A DNA stretch of 46,155 nucleotides, taken from NCBI GenBank assembly GCA_039921625.1, contig JBDSBL010000088.1, forward strand, positions 1-46,155, written 5' to 3'. This stretch comes from Chitinophagaceae bacterium (GTDB lineage: Bacteria; Bacteroidota; Bacteroidia; Chitinophagales; Chitinophagaceae). Positions 9,826-19,928 of the stretch are shown here, piece by piece. The number at the start of each line of letters is the position of its first letter. Position 1 is the stretch's first letter. Under the pieces are notes generated by a model, which saw only the letters and a list, made by a program, of their open reading frames with translations, searched no databases and was not told where the DNA came from. Made by a program: the position numbers and the translations under genes.

Positions 9826-11385
9826 TTATTTATGTTCCCCAAAAACAGCCCGAAGCTCGTCTGCAACTTCACCTAACGTACAATGGTTTTCTACTGCCTC
9901 AATCACAGCAGGCATCAGGTTTTCACCGGTAATAGCTTTATCCCGAACACTGCTTAAAAGCTGCGTGCAACTTTCATTATTTCTTGTTGCCCGCAATTGG
10001 AGAAGCTTTTGAATTTGCTGTTCCCTTATGCTGTCGTCAATTTTGAATCCAGGTATTTTTGATTCATTTTCAATAGCAAATTTGTTAACTCCTACAATGA
10101 TCTTTTCTCCTTTTTCAATATTCAATTGGTATTCATACGCACTTCGTGCTATTTCATCCTGAATAAAGCCTTGCTCAATAGCAGCAACACTTCCACCCAT
10201 GGCATCTATTTTCTGTAAGAGCTCCCAGGCCTTTTTTTCTACCTCGTCCGTCAGCGCTTCTACAAAATAAGAACCTGCCAATGGGTCCGCCGTATCTGCT
10301 ATCCCGCTTTCAAATGCAGCAATCTGTTGGGTGCGCAAAGCAATGCGGGCCGCTTCTTCCGTTGGCAAGCTCAAGGCTTCATCATATCCATTGGTGTGTA
10401 ATGATTGGGTGCCGCCCAGCACAGCGGCCAAGGTTTGTATAGTTACTCTTGATATATTATTGAGCGGTTGTTGCGCTGTAAGGGTACTTCCTCCGGTTTG
10501 GGTATGAAATCGGAGCATCATTGCTTTTGGGTCTGTAGCGCCAAGGTCTTTCATAATGTGGGCCCACATGCGTCGGGCTGCCCGAAACTTTGCTACCTCT
10601 TCAAACAAATTATTATGAGCATTAAAAAAAAAGGAAAGTCGTTTTCCAAAAACATTGATGTCCAAACCTTTTTTTAACGCGGCTTCCACGTATGCCTTTC
10701 CATTGCTTAGAGTAAATGCAATTTCTTGTACCGCTGTGCTTCCTGCTTCGCGAATATGGTACCCCGAAATTGAGATGGTATTCCACCGCGGCAACTCTTT
10801 GCTGCACCATTCAAAAATATCTGTAATGATACGCATGGAAGGTTTTGGCGGATAAATAAAGGTGCCTCTTGCAGCATATTCTTTTAAAATATCATTTTGT
10901 ACCGTGCCCGATAATTTCATTAAATCAGCTCCACCTTTTTTTGCTTCTGCTACATAAAATGCAAGGAGAATAAAGGCTGTGGCATTGATGGTCATTGATG
11001 TTGATACTTCATCTAGTTTGATGCCTTTAAAAAGGGCGGTCATATCATCCAAGGAATTAATGGACACACCCACTTTGCCAACTTCTCCTTCAGCTAATGG
11101 ATGGTCACTATCATAGCCTATTTGTGTGGGCAAATCAAACGCAACACTTAGGCCGCTTACACCCTGACTAAGTAAATAATGATACCGCTGATTGCTTTCT
11201 TCCGCTGTAGAAAAGCCGGCATATTGCCGCATGGTCCATAGTTTGCCGCGATACATGTCTGGCTGCACTCCACGGGAAAAAGGGTAGCGGCCGGGAAGCT
11301 CCTCTGCATGCTGCGGCACGTCTGCTGCGGTATATACTTCTTTCACTTCTATCCCTGAATCCAACTTTACTTTTTTATCAATCAT
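9826..11385 (-). CDS. Methylmalonyl-CoA mutase, substrate-binding large subunit (no B12-binding domain)
   Basis: [48 protein letters not shown] and GGTQSLHTN; no DxHxxG motif. Confidence 0.92.
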   Translation of the reverse strand: MIDKKVKLDSGIEVKEVYTAADVPQHAEELPGRYPFSRGVQPDMYRGKLWTMRQYAGFSTAEESNQRYHYLLSQGVSGLSVAFDLPTQIGYDSDHPLAEGEVGKVGVSINSLDDMTALFKGIKLDEVSTSMTINATAFILLAFYVAEAKKGGADLMKLSGTVQNDILKEYAARGTFIYPPKPSMRIITDIFEWCSKELPRWNTISISGYHIREAGSTAVQEIAFTLSNGKAYVEAALKKGLDINVFGKRLSFFFNAHNNLFEEVAKFRAARRMWAHIMKDLGATDPKAMMLRFHTQTGGSTLTAQQPLNNISRVTIQTLAAVLGGTQSLHTNGYDEALSLPTEEAARIALRTQQIAAFESGIADTADPLAGSYFVEALTDEVEKKAWELLQKIDAMGGSVAAIEQGFIQDEIARSAYEYQLNIEKGEKIIVGVNKFAIENESKIPGFKIDDSIREQQIQKLLQLRATRNNESCTQLLSSVRDKAITGENLMPAVIEAVENHCTLGEVADELRAVFGEHK

Positions 11386-11427
11386 AAGTGCCCGTTTTTA
11401 GGTTGCAATACGTCCTCATTCTCTCCT

Positions 11428-11931
11428 TTAATGCATTAATTTTTTGGCTTCAAAGTTCAATGCATTCAATACTATCGTGTGCAAGGCGGCTTCTTTTTGG
11501 TTAATGATCACTTCTAAAAGTTGCTTGTTTAAATCACTTGCTTTCGCATCGGCCGGCAGAATGTTTGCTACCTGGTTAATGATCAGCATACTTTGATCCC
11601 GCAAATTACGGACTGCCTCCCAGGCAATGGAACTTACATATATCTGCTGCGAGGTGTTGTATTCAAATTCCTGTTTAATATTATCGGTCAATAAAAGCTG
11701 CATTTCTTTAGCTGTAAAATTTGGCTGGCTCACCCGGCTGATCAGGTTTGGGATGGAAATGCGTTCGCATAATAATACCAGTCGTTCATAGGCCTGCAAT
11801 TGAAGCGGAACATAGGTTCCGTTTACTTCCTGTTTTGGAACTTTTTTATCTGGTTTATTATAAAATAAGGAAATGCTGGCTACAAGAAGTGCTACTATGG
11901 AGATAATAAGGCTGATCGTTGTTTCGTCCAT
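11428..11931 (-). CDS. Bacteroidota-type hypothetical protein with N-terminal TM helix
   Basis: LQAYERLVLLCERI..EFEYNTSQQIYVS..AWE pattern; TACTTTTG promoter at 11949-11956. Confidence 0.8.
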   Translation of the reverse strand: MDETTISLIISIVALLVASISLFYNKPDKKVPKQEVNGTYVPLQLQAYERLVLLCERISIPNLISRVSQPNFTAKEMQLLLTDNIKQEFEYNTSQQIYVSSIAWEAVRNLRDQSMLIINQVANILPADAKASDLNKQLLEVIINQKEAALHTIVLNALNFEAKKLMH

Positions 11932-12028
11932 TTTAATTATTAAGTGAGCAAAAGTAATAAAGATGCAGAATGTTGATTTTTTAAAATACGGTCTATTTTA
12001 ATTAGCAAAAGTTGTAGATCACATTAAA

Positions 12029-12036
12029 TAACTTTG
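12029..12036 (+). promoter_or_regulatory. Bacteroidota -7 promoter element (TAACTTTG) of the IscA/HesB gene
   Basis: Matches TAnnTTTG and sits 4 nt before the ATG. Confidence 0.7.
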
Positions 12037-12040
12037 CCGT

Positions 12041-12388
12041 ATGGAAACAACAACACAAGCACCGGTGCGGTTTACTGCCGGGGCGGTGCACGAGATAAAA
12101 CGGTTGATGCAGGCCCCGGACTTTGATGCCACTAAAGACCTGCGCATTGGGGTAAAAGGTGGTGGCTGCTCCGGTATGACTTATGTACTGGGGTTTGATG
12201 CTGCTAAAAAAGAGGGTGACCAACATTATGATTTTGAGGGCATCCCTTTTATAATGGATCAGGCACATGAAATCTACTTGCACGGGATGGAAGTTGATTG
12301 GCAAAATGGATTAAATAACAGGGGCTTTGTATTTAGTAATCCAAATGCTTCTGCTACCTGCGGTTGCGGCACTTCTTTCGCTGTTTAG
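12041..12388 (+). CDS. iscA: HesB/IscA family A-type Fe-S carrier
   Basis: LRIGVKGGGCSG and FSNPNASATCGCGTSF motifs. Confidence 0.92.
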   Translation: METTTQAPVRFTAGAVHEIKRLMQAPDFDATKDLRIGVKGGGCSGMTYVLGFDAAKKEGDQHYDFEGIPFIMDQAHEIYLHGMEVDWQNGLNNRGFVFSNPNASATCGCGTSFAV

Positions 12389-12407
12389 GCTTTTAAAAAA
12401 AATATAT

Positions 12408-12442
12408 AAAAAAAGGCTTGCATTGATTGCAAGCCTTTTTTT
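12408..12442. terminator. Bidirectional Rho-independent terminator
   Basis: A7-GGCTTGCA/TGCAAGCC-T7 between convergent iscA and secDF. Confidence 0.9.
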
Positions 12443-12458
12443 ATACCCGTTATTTAAA

Positions 12459-15400
12459 TTAAGATTGTTTGGCAATTACCGGCTTAACTTTTAGACTTTG
12501 TTTTTCGTCTGTTTTAGCCTCTCCACCAAGTCCTTTTTTACCACCAAGGTCCACCAGTATTGGCGCGGCCACAAAGATGGAAGAATAGGTACCTGTCACC
12601 ACACCAATCAACATCGCAAAAGCAAAACCTCTCGTTACTTCACCACCCACCAGGAATAAAATTAAGAGGGTAAGAAATACGGTTAATGAGGTCATGATGG
12701 TACGGCTCAACGTATCGTTTATGGCTTTGTTGATGATGGTTGACTTTGGCAGACCAACCATTTGGCGGCTGTATTCTCTGATACGGTCAAATACAATTAC
12801 CGTATCATTCATTGAGAAACCAATTACCGTAAGCACGGCCGCAATAAAATGCTGGTCAATCTCCAATGGAAAAGGAACTACATTTTTTAAGAAAGAAAAT
12901 ACAGCAAGAGTTACCAATACATCATGCAGCAAAGAGAAGAGGGTTCCCACTGAATATCTCCAATCGCGGAAGCGAATAAATATATAAAGGGAAATAATAA
13001 GTAAGGACCAGAAAGTAGCCCATTTAGCACCATTCTTCAAGTCATCAGAGATTGTAGGCAAGACCGTGTTAGATCCTAATTTATATTGCTTGTCAAACTG
13101 CTGGTAGGTGATTCCGGCAGGGATATGCTTTTGTAAGCCAGCAAATAATTTTTTCTCAACAATAGTATCAACACCCGGACGAGCATCAGATATTAAATAA
13201 GAAGTAGTAATGTCTAACTGGTTATTTCCACCAATTGTTTTGATCACCGGGCTTTCACCAAATTCATTCTTCAGATCATCCCGTACACCTTCTACATTTA
13301 CTGCTTTATCAAAACGAACTATGTAACTGCGTCCTCCTTTAAACTCCACACCTTCATCAAAACCATTAAAGAAAGAGGCAATACCTAAAATGAGCACTAC
13401 TAATGAAATGCCATAGGCTACTTTGCGGTACTCAATAAACTTGTAACTCGCATGCTTAAATATCTTACGGGAAACACCAGTAAAATATTCCATGTGGCGC
13501 TTCTTATTGGTAAACAAATCAGAAACCCAACGGCTCACCAGGATACCGCAAAACAACGACAATAGAATACCAATGATTTGCGTAGTGGCAAAGCCTTTTA
13601 CAGGCCCAAGGCCAAATGAAAATAAAATGATAGCCGTTAATAAAGTAGTGACGTGGGCATCTAAGACCGGAGGCAATGATCTTCTGTACCCTTCGGAAAT
13701 AGCCAGCTGGTAAGGTTTGCCTTTTGTCAACTCCTCCTTGATACGTTCATAAATAATTACGTTCGTATCTACAGCCATACCAATTGTCAATACCAAACCT
13801 GCAATACCTGCGGCCGTCAATGTAGCACCGAGGCCTGTAAGTACACCAATGGTAAATAAGATATTTAAGGTAAGGGCAATGTTGGCAATCCATCCTGCTG
13901 AATTATAATAAACCAACATCAAAAGAAAAATAACAATGAATGAAATAACGAAGGCCATTAAACCTCCATTTACTGCATCTTTTCCCAATGTAGGTCCAAC
14001 TACCTGCTCCTGTACAATTTTGGCAGGTGCCGGCAATTTTCCAGCTTTTAATATGTTGGCAAGATCTTGTCCTTCCTGCTCGGTAAAGCTTCCGGAAATG
14101 CTAGAATTCCCGCCTTCAATTACATCGTTCACTCGTGGCGCAGAATACACTACATTATCCAAAACAATGGCGATGGAGCGACCTTTATTTGCCTGAGTTA
14201 AATCTTTCCAGGTGCGGGCACCGGCAGTATTCATTTTCATACTTACTTCCACACCACCATTGGAAGGGTTATAATCCTGGCGTGCATCTACTACTGCTTC
14301 TCCTTCCAGTTTGGCTTTTTCACGGCCAAAAGTTTTAATACCATAAAGAGGTACGTAGTTAACTTTTTTATTGTTCTTTCCAGTTTCTGCAATGCCATAC
14401 ATAAATAAAACATCAGCAGGAAACTGACGGCGAACCGTTGGGTTTTCAAGGAAATCTCTTGTGATAGCTGTATCCTTAATAGCTACATAACCAATTTGCC
14501 CATTGTCAATTGGTTGCCCTTGTGGAGTAATATTAAATTGAATATATTCTCCTAATGACTTTTTTGCAGTAAGGTTTTTAGAGGCTGTATCCGCACCCAG
14601 CTGGGCCAGAAGCGTATCTTTTACTGTAGTATCTTTTTTTGCAGTGGTTGAATCAACCGGTTTTAAAGAAGATGAATCACCCCCCTTTCCACCCATCAAT
14701 GCATTAAATGCTTCATCGGCTTTACCAATGCTGGCACCTAACTCGCTTATATTATACACTTCCCAAAACTGAAGGTTAGCCGATGACTGCAAATATTTAC
14801 GAACCCTTTCCTGATCTTGTATTCCGGGCAGTTCTACTGTAATCGTTCCACGGTCGCGGTCCGGATTGATATTAGGCTGCGCGACACCGAACTGGTCAAT
14901 ACGGGTTTGCAATACACGGAAGGTGCGGTCAAATGCCTGGCCAACTTCTTTCCTTATTTCAGAAACCACTTTATCATCCGTATCCGTAATTTTTATACGC
15001 TCAGGATTGGCGGCAGCAAATAGGGAAGCTAACCGGCCGGAAGGGTTTAGTTTTTTATATTCTTCTCTAAATAAAGTCACGTAATCTGCATCGCTATTGG
15101 CTTTGCGCAGGTTAGCATTATCTATAGCTTTTAAAAAGATAGGATCTTTAGTATTGTTGGCCATGGAGCGTAAAAGCCCGGACAATTCAACCTCCATGGT
15201 TACGTTCATTCCGCCTTGCAGGTCAAGACCAAGATTTAATTCATTTTCTTTTGCTTGCTGGTAAGAGATAGGACCACTAATACCGTAATGAATGGTTTCA
15301 TCTTTGGTACTGTCCAATAATCTTTTCAAGCGTTGTTTGTACTCGTGATCTTTTGTAGTACTGTCAGCGGCAGCAAAGTTTTGGCTTACAAATTGATTTG

Positions 15401-15515
15401 CCTTTGCTTCCATCTTTCTTTCATGGCTTTTGACCACCCAGGTAAAAGACAATTCATAAATAGAATAAAGAATAAGCAGAATAGTAAAAAAGCGGACTAA
15501 GCCCTTTAATTGCAT
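12459..15515 (-). CDS. secDF: Fused protein translocase subunit SecDF
   Basis: LGLDLQGGM, RIDQFGV, IAIVLD, VGPTLG, GMAVDTNVIIYERI, GFSMNDTVIVFDRIRE and TLSRT motifs. Confidence 0.97.
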   Translation of the reverse strand: MQLKGLVRFFTILLILYSIYELSFTWVVKSHERKMEAKANQFVSQNFAAADSTTKDHEYKQRLKRLLDSTKDETIHYGISGPISYQQAKENELNLGLDLQGGMNVTMEVELSGLLRSMANNTKDPIFLKAIDNANLRKANSDADYVTLFREEYKKLNPSGRLASLFAAANPERIKITDTDDKVVSEIRKEVGQAFDRTFRVLQTRIDQFGVAQPNINPDRDRGTITVELPGIQDQERVRKYLQSSANLQFWEVYNISELGASIGKADEAFNALMGGKGGDSSSLKPVDSTTAKKDTTVKDTLLAQLGADTASKNLTAKKSLGEYIQFNITPQGQPIDNGQIGYVAIKDTAITRDFLENPTVRRQFPADVLFMYGIAETGKNNKKVNYVPLYGIKTFGREKAKLEGEAVVDARQDYNPSNGGVEVSMKMNTAGARTWKDLTQANKGRSIAIVLDNVVYSAPRVNDVIEGGNSSISGSFTEQEGQDLANILKAGKLPAPAKIVQEQVVGPTLGKDAVNGGLMAFVISFIVIFLLMLVYYNSAGWIANIALTLNILFTIGVLTGLGATLTAAGIAGLVLTIGMAVDTNVIIYERIKEELTKGKPYQLAISEGYRRSLPPVLDAHVTTLLTAIILFSFGLGPVKGFATTQIIGILLSLFCGILVSRWVSDLFTNKKRHMEYFTGVSRKIFKHASYKFIEYRKVAYGISLVVLILGIASFFNGFDEGVEFKGGRSYIVRFDKAVNVEGVRDDLKNEFGESPVIKTIGGNNQLDITTSYLISDARPGVDTIVEKKLFAGLQKHIPAGITYQQFDKQYKLGSNTVLPTISDDLKNGAKWATFWSLLIISLYIFIRFRDWRYSVGTLFSLLHDVLVTLAVFSFLKNVVPFPLEIDQHFIAAVLTVIGFSMNDTVIVFDRIREYSRQMVGLPKSTIINKAINDTLSRTIMTSLTVFLTLLILFLVGGEVTRGFAFAMLIGVVTGTYSSIFVAAPILVDLGGKKGLGGEAKTDEKQSLKVKPVIAKQS

Positions 15516-15538
15516 AAACGGTTTTTTTTAAAGAGGTG

Positions 15539-15546
15539 CAAAGATA
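15539..15546 (-). promoter_or_regulatory. -7 promoter element (TATCTTTG) of secDF
   Basis: TAnnTTTG 23 nt upstream of the ATG. Confidence 0.7.
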
Positions 15547-15636
15547 GTTTTTTCAGCTTAATTTCATAACCTTAAAAAGGGCATTAGCAGTCCTTTAACC
15601 CGCCTTTTTTTGTGGGGTAATTTGAACCATAATAGT

Positions 15637-16959
15637 ATGAAATTCAACCCGTTAATTCTTAGATGTTTCCTTGCCATCTTTATTGTAATGGGCTGCACCT
15701 CCACCCGCAGGGCGGCCGTACCGGCAACTACCGACGCAAAAAGAGAGGTGCCTGGCGAGAGTAAAAAAGGGGACAGGACAACCTCACGTTCAGATTCTTT
15801 TCTAGTACAATTGCTGGAAAGTAACCCGAATCTTTTTGGTTCCCTGTTGCATAACAAAGACGCGCAAATTCAAATAATATATACGCAAATAAACCGTGAT
15901 GTAGAAAACAAGCCAACGCTTAGCTCCTATTATTATGGGGTAGATCCGGCTGTTTATTTTTATCCCGCCTCAACCGTAAAAATGCCGGTAGCCTTGTTAG
16001 CATTGCAACGCATCAATGAATTATCCATTCCCGGCCTTGATAAAAATACAACCATGATAACTGACGCGGCAGGGGCAGGTCAAACGGCAGTGTATAATGA
16101 TCCATCCGCGGAAGATGGCCGGCCTTCTATTGCTCAGTATATAAAAAAAATATTTTTAGTTAGTGATAATGATGCCTTCAATCGGTTGTATGAATTTTTA
16201 GGTCAGGAATATATCAACAATACACTCCACCGAATGGGATACGCTGATGCTCAGATATTGCACCGGCTTAATATCAGCAGAACCGTAGAGCAAAATAAAG
16301 TAACTAACCCCGTTACATTTTATTCTTCAATAGCAAAACCTATATATATTAAACCTGTAACCAATAGCAAGTTTTCATTTGCTTCGCGCAAAAATTTGAT
16401 GGGAAAAGGATATTACAGCAATAAGGTAATGGTTACGGAACCATTTGATTTTTCAAAGAAAAACAGGCTTTCGCTCCTGGATATAAACTCCATTTTACAA
16501 AGCATTATTTTTCCCGAAACGGTTAGCAAAAAACAACGCTTTAATGTAACCGAGGAAGACCGACAATTTGTATGGAAGTATATGTCCATGAAGCCAAAAG
16601 AATCTCCTTTTCCATCTTATGATTCTACCTACAATGATTCCTATTCAAAGTTTCTGTTGTACGGTGGTACGGAACCAATGAATGAAGACATGCGCATTTT
16701 TAATAAGGAAGGTGATGCTTATGGATTCCTTACAGATGCGGCTTACTTTGTTGATTTCAAAAACGGAGTTGAATTTATGTTGAGTGCTACTATTCTTTGC
16801 AACAGTGACGGCATTTTTAATGATGATCATTATGATTATGAAACTATAGGTTATCCTTTTTTGAAAAACCTTGGGAAAGTGATTTATCAATACGACCTGA
16901 AACGCACACGCAAATACAAACCAGACCTTTCTGTATTTAAATTAGACTACACAAAATAA
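15637..16959 (+). CDS. Serine hydrolase lipoprotein related to class A beta-lactamases (Beta-lactamase2-like)
   Basis: Lipobox VMGC; YPASTVK (SxxK), SDN, NKEG (KTG-like). Start moved to ATG 15637. Confidence 0.8.
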   Translation: MKFNPLILRCFLAIFIVMGCTSTRRAAVPATTDAKREVPGESKKGDRTTSRSDSFLVQLLESNPNLFGSLLHNKDAQIQIIYTQINRDVENKPTLSSYYYGVDPAVYFYPASTVKMPVALLALQRINELSIPGLDKNTTMITDAAGAGQTAVYNDPSAEDGRPSIAQYIKKIFLVSDNDAFNRLYEFLGQEYINNTLHRMGYADAQILHRLNISRTVEQNKVTNPVTFYSSIAKPIYIKPVTNSKFSFASRKNLMGKGYYSNKVMVTEPFDFSKKNRLSLLDINSILQSIIFPETVSKKQRFNVTEEDRQFVWKYMSMKPKESPFPSYDSTYNDSYSKFLLYGGTEPMNEDMRIFNKEGDAYGFLTDAAYFVDFKNGVEFMLSATILCNSDGIFNDDHYDYETIGYPFLKNLGKVIYQYDLKRTRKYKPDLSVFKLDYTK

Positions 16960-17150
16960 GACCTTACCTAAACCTTTATTTTGCTGTCTGCATCTCACTT
17001 ATACTGGAAATACCTAGAATAAAAAGGCAAATAAAAAGTGATTCATCGCTTCATTTATTTGTAATTAAAATGAAGATTTTTAGGTGCTGTTTTGTATCCA
17101 TTTTTCAAAAGTGTTTAAGTATTACATTTGTTTTCTTCTAAAATAAAAAC

Positions 17151-18341
17151 ATGAATCTATCCTCTCGATTATTGCTGTTTAGTGAGCCCGAAACTTTAAA
17201 GATGGCAAGGCTGGGCAGGGAACTCAGGGCACAAGGAAAAGATATTGTTGACCTTAGTTTAGGCGAACCTGATTTTGATACACCCGAACACATAAAAGAA
17301 GCTGCCAAAAAAGCAATCGATGATAATTTTAGTCATTATACGCCTGTATCTGGATATCTTGATTTGAGGGAAGCAATATGTCACAAGTTTAGTCGCGATA
17401 ATAGCCTCGATTATACAGCTGAAAACATTGTCGTGTCTACAGGGGCTAAGCAAAGTTTAGCCAATGCGGTATTGAGCATTATTAGTAAAGGAGATGAAGT
17501 AATAATACCCACTCCTTTTTGGGTTACTTATGCAGCCCTTGTACAATTGGGCGAAGGAGAAGTAAAGTTGCTTAAAACAACCTTGGAAAGTGGTTATAAG
17601 ATTAGTCCGGAGCAATTGGAAAGAGCTATTACACCCAAAACAAAACTGTTTATATTTTCTTCTCCCAGCAATCCCACAGGTGCTATTTATACTAAGGAGG
17701 AACTGCAGGCATTAGCAGCAGTTTTTATAAAACATCCCCAGGTATTTGTCATTTCAGATGAAATATATGAATACATAAATTACTGCGGTTGCCACGAAAG
17801 TATTGCCCAATTTGATGAATTAAAAGAACAGACCATAGTGATCAACGGACTAAGCAAAGGCTTTGCTATGACCGGTTGGAGGCTTGGGTATATGGCCTCA
17901 CCCAAGGAAGTAGCAAAGGCATGCGAAAAGTTGCAGGGACAATTTACAAGCGGTACCAATGCCGTTACACAACGGGCAGCAATTACAGCACTTACCTCTC
18001 CGCTTGATGCTACCTATAAGATGGTAGAAGAATTTAAACGCAGAAAAATACGGGTAATGGAACTATTGAAAGAGATTGATGGATTTGAATACATTGATCC
18101 GGATGGAGCCTTTTATGCTTTTCCAAGAGTGCAGACTTATTTTGGCAAGTCGGACGGAAAAGAAGTCATTAAAAATGCAGATGATCTAACCATGTATTTG
18201 CTTAATAAGGCCGCCGTTTCTACAGTTACCGGATCTGCATTTGGCGACGATGAATGCATCCGAATTTCTTATGCTAATAACATGAACAATATAGAAAAAG
18301 GTTTTGCCCGCATCAAACAAGCTTTACAGGAGTTGCATTGA
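17151..18341 (+). CDS. PLP-dependent class I aminotransferase (aspartate aminotransferase-like)
   Basis: LSLGEPDF, SPSNPTG, SDEIYE and NGLSKGFAMTGWRLG (PLP lysine); TACATTTG promoter at 17123-17130. Confidence 0.93.
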   Translation: MNLSSRLLLFSEPETLKMARLGRELRAQGKDIVDLSLGEPDFDTPEHIKEAAKKAIDDNFSHYTPVSGYLDLREAICHKFSRDNSLDYTAENIVVSTGAKQSLANAVLSIISKGDEVIIPTPFWVTYAALVQLGEGEVKLLKTTLESGYKISPEQLERAITPKTKLFIFSSPSNPTGAIYTKEELQALAAVFIKHPQVFVISDEIYEYINYCGCHESIAQFDELKEQTIVINGLSKGFAMTGWRLGYMASPKEVAKACEKLQGQFTSGTNAVTQRAAITALTSPLDATYKMVEEFKRRKIRVMELLKEIDGFEYIDPDGAFYAFPRVQTYFGKSDGKEVIKNADDLTMYLLNKAAVSTVTGSAFGDDECIRISYANNMNNIEKGFARIKQALQELH

Positions 18342-18932
18342 TTTTTCTTGCGCTTTTTTTAATAAAAACTCGTGCAATTTTAATACTTGAGGGATCACCA
18401 ACTGCTGCTCATTATTGTGAATTATAAAATCGCAAAGCCTCATTTTAATACCTTCATTTATTTGACGGCTCATACGGTTTTGTACTTCTTCCCTGCTTAC
18501 TCCATCGCGTTGCAAAGCGCGATGAATACGTAAGGCTGCCGGTGCCGCTACTCCAATTACATAATCCAAACCTTCCGCAGAGCCGCTTTCGAAAATAAGC
18601 GCTGCTTCTTTTAAAACGTAAGTTGTTTTTTGTTGGTTCATCCAGTTCCTTGCATCCGTTATAGTGAGTGGATGTACGAGGCTATTTAGTAAGGCTAATT
18701 TTGCCGGATCACTAAAAACAATTTGCGCCAGCGCTGCTTTATTTAATCTATTTCCAGAATATATTTCTTTACCAAATTCCTGTATAATACGCTCTCTTAA
18801 TGAAGCATCGGTTTCATACAACCGCTTAGAAGCTGCATCAGCATAGTACACGGGAACCTGCAACAATTCAAAGATTTTTGCAACTGTTGTTTTGCCGGAT
18901 CCAATGCCTCCTGTAATTCCAATTTTCAACAT
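18324..18932 (-). CDS. coaE: Dephospho-CoA kinase
   Basis: IGITGGIGSGKTT P-loop, LNSLVHP and EAALIFE; TACTTTTG promoter at 18984-18991. Confidence 0.95.
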   Translation of the reverse strand: MLKIGITGGIGSGKTTVAKIFELLQVPVYYADAASKRLYETDASLRERIIQEFGKEIYSGNRLNKAALAQIVFSDPAKLALLNSLVHPLTITDARNWMNQQKTTYVLKEAALIFESGSAEGLDYVIGVAAPAALRIHRALQRDGVSREEVQNRMSRQINEGIKMRLCDFIIHNNEQQLVIPQVLKLHEFLLKKAQEKSMQLL

Positions 18933-19009
18933 TTATGAAGCGTTCTAGTATTAAAGTTATGGGTAAAGCATTTTCGCATTATACAAAAGTAAAGTGGCTT
19001 ATTTTCCAT

Positions 19010-19043
19010 AAAAAAAATCCTGAAGCAAGCTCCAGGATTTTTT
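19010..19043 (-). terminator. Rho-independent terminator after yajC
   Basis: AAAAATCCTG/CAGGATTTTT stem with a T run on the minus strand. Confidence 0.8.
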
Positions 19044-19074
19044 ATGTCAGAATTAAAATTTCCGGTATTTCAAT

Positions 19075-19404
19075 TTATTTTTTATCAATTACTACGGCCG
19101 TTGCGGGTTTGTTCAATTGGTTTGTCCATTCCATGGAAATGGAGCTTCTTTCAATTTTAATATAACTACCCGGGTTAATTTCTAAACTAAGGGTACCATC
19201 ATCATTTACTTTATTGATAATTCCATGAATGCCTGCAATGGTCACAATTTTATCACCACGATTCAGGTTTTCAATAAAGGTTTTTTGCTGCTTTGCTTTT
19301 TTAGCCTGCGGACGAATAAAAAACAACCAGAACACAAGGATCATTAATCCCATAAAAATGGGAGTCATTCCTATACCGCCGGATGTTGCTTGTAATAAAA
19401 ACAT
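19075..19404 (-). CDS. yajC: Preprotein translocase subunit YajC
   Basis: TM helix followed by FFIRPQ and GDKIVTIAGIHG. Confidence 0.95.
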   Translation of the reverse strand: MFLLQATSGGIGMTPIFMGLMILVFWLFFIRPQAKKAKQQKTFIENLNRGDKIVTIAGIHGIINKVNDDGTLSLEINPGSYIKIERSSISMEWTNQLNKPATAVVIDKK

Positions 19405-19428
19405 ATGCTGTTATTTGTATTTGAAAAA

Positions 19429-19890
19429 TTATTTCTGTACTACTTCTCCTCTGAAAGAAAGCTGGTGGGTCATTCCATTTTTGGTATTGGTTTGCACTGT
19501 CACTGTTTTTTCCTTTATACCAACGCCTTGTCCTTTAGAGTCAAATTTTGCTTTTATAACACCTTCTTTGCCCGGAGCAATTGGTTCTTCCGGTTTGTCT
19601 GCCACGGTGCATCCGCAACTTGGCGTCACAGATACAATAACCAAAGGGGTGGTTCCTGTATTTTTAAAATGCCAGGAAACTTCCGCTACCTGTCCTTCAT
19701 TTATTTTTCCAAGGTTTTGCGCAGTTGAGTCCAGCCATTGAATGGAGGTGAATTGTGCGGTATCATTTGCAGCTTCACTTATCCTTGCATTTTTCAAAGA
19801 ATCTTCTGCAGATGCAGCTGTTTTTGTATCACTATTGCTGCATGCAAAAAGTAAAAAAGAAGGAAAAACTAACAGGAAAATATATTTCAT
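19429..19890 (-). CDS. DUF1573 domain lipoprotein
   Basis: Lipobox LFAC; FKNTG..PLVI..V..SCGCT..PIAPG; typical position between nusB and yajC. Start moved to ATG 19890 because the upstream TTG lies within the TACATTTG promoter. Confidence 0.88.
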   Translation of the reverse strand: MKYIFLLVFPSFLLFACSNSDTKTAASAEDSLKNARISEAANDTAQFTSIQWLDSTAQNLGKINEGQVAEVSWHFKNTGTTPLVIVSVTPSCGCTVADKPEEPIAPGKEGVIKAKFDSKGQGVGIKEKTVTVQTNTKNGMTHQLSFRGEVVQK

Positions 19891-19928
19891 TTTTTTGCTG
19901 TTTAAACGGTGCAAATGTATAAGGAAAT

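Noticed and set aside
9826-11385. Isobutyryl-CoA mutase or a truncated pseudogene
   Set aside because: It has the MCM-type Tyr (RQYAG) and Arg (AARG) specificity residues. Split mutases with a separate B12-binding subunit are well known, and the ORF is intact.
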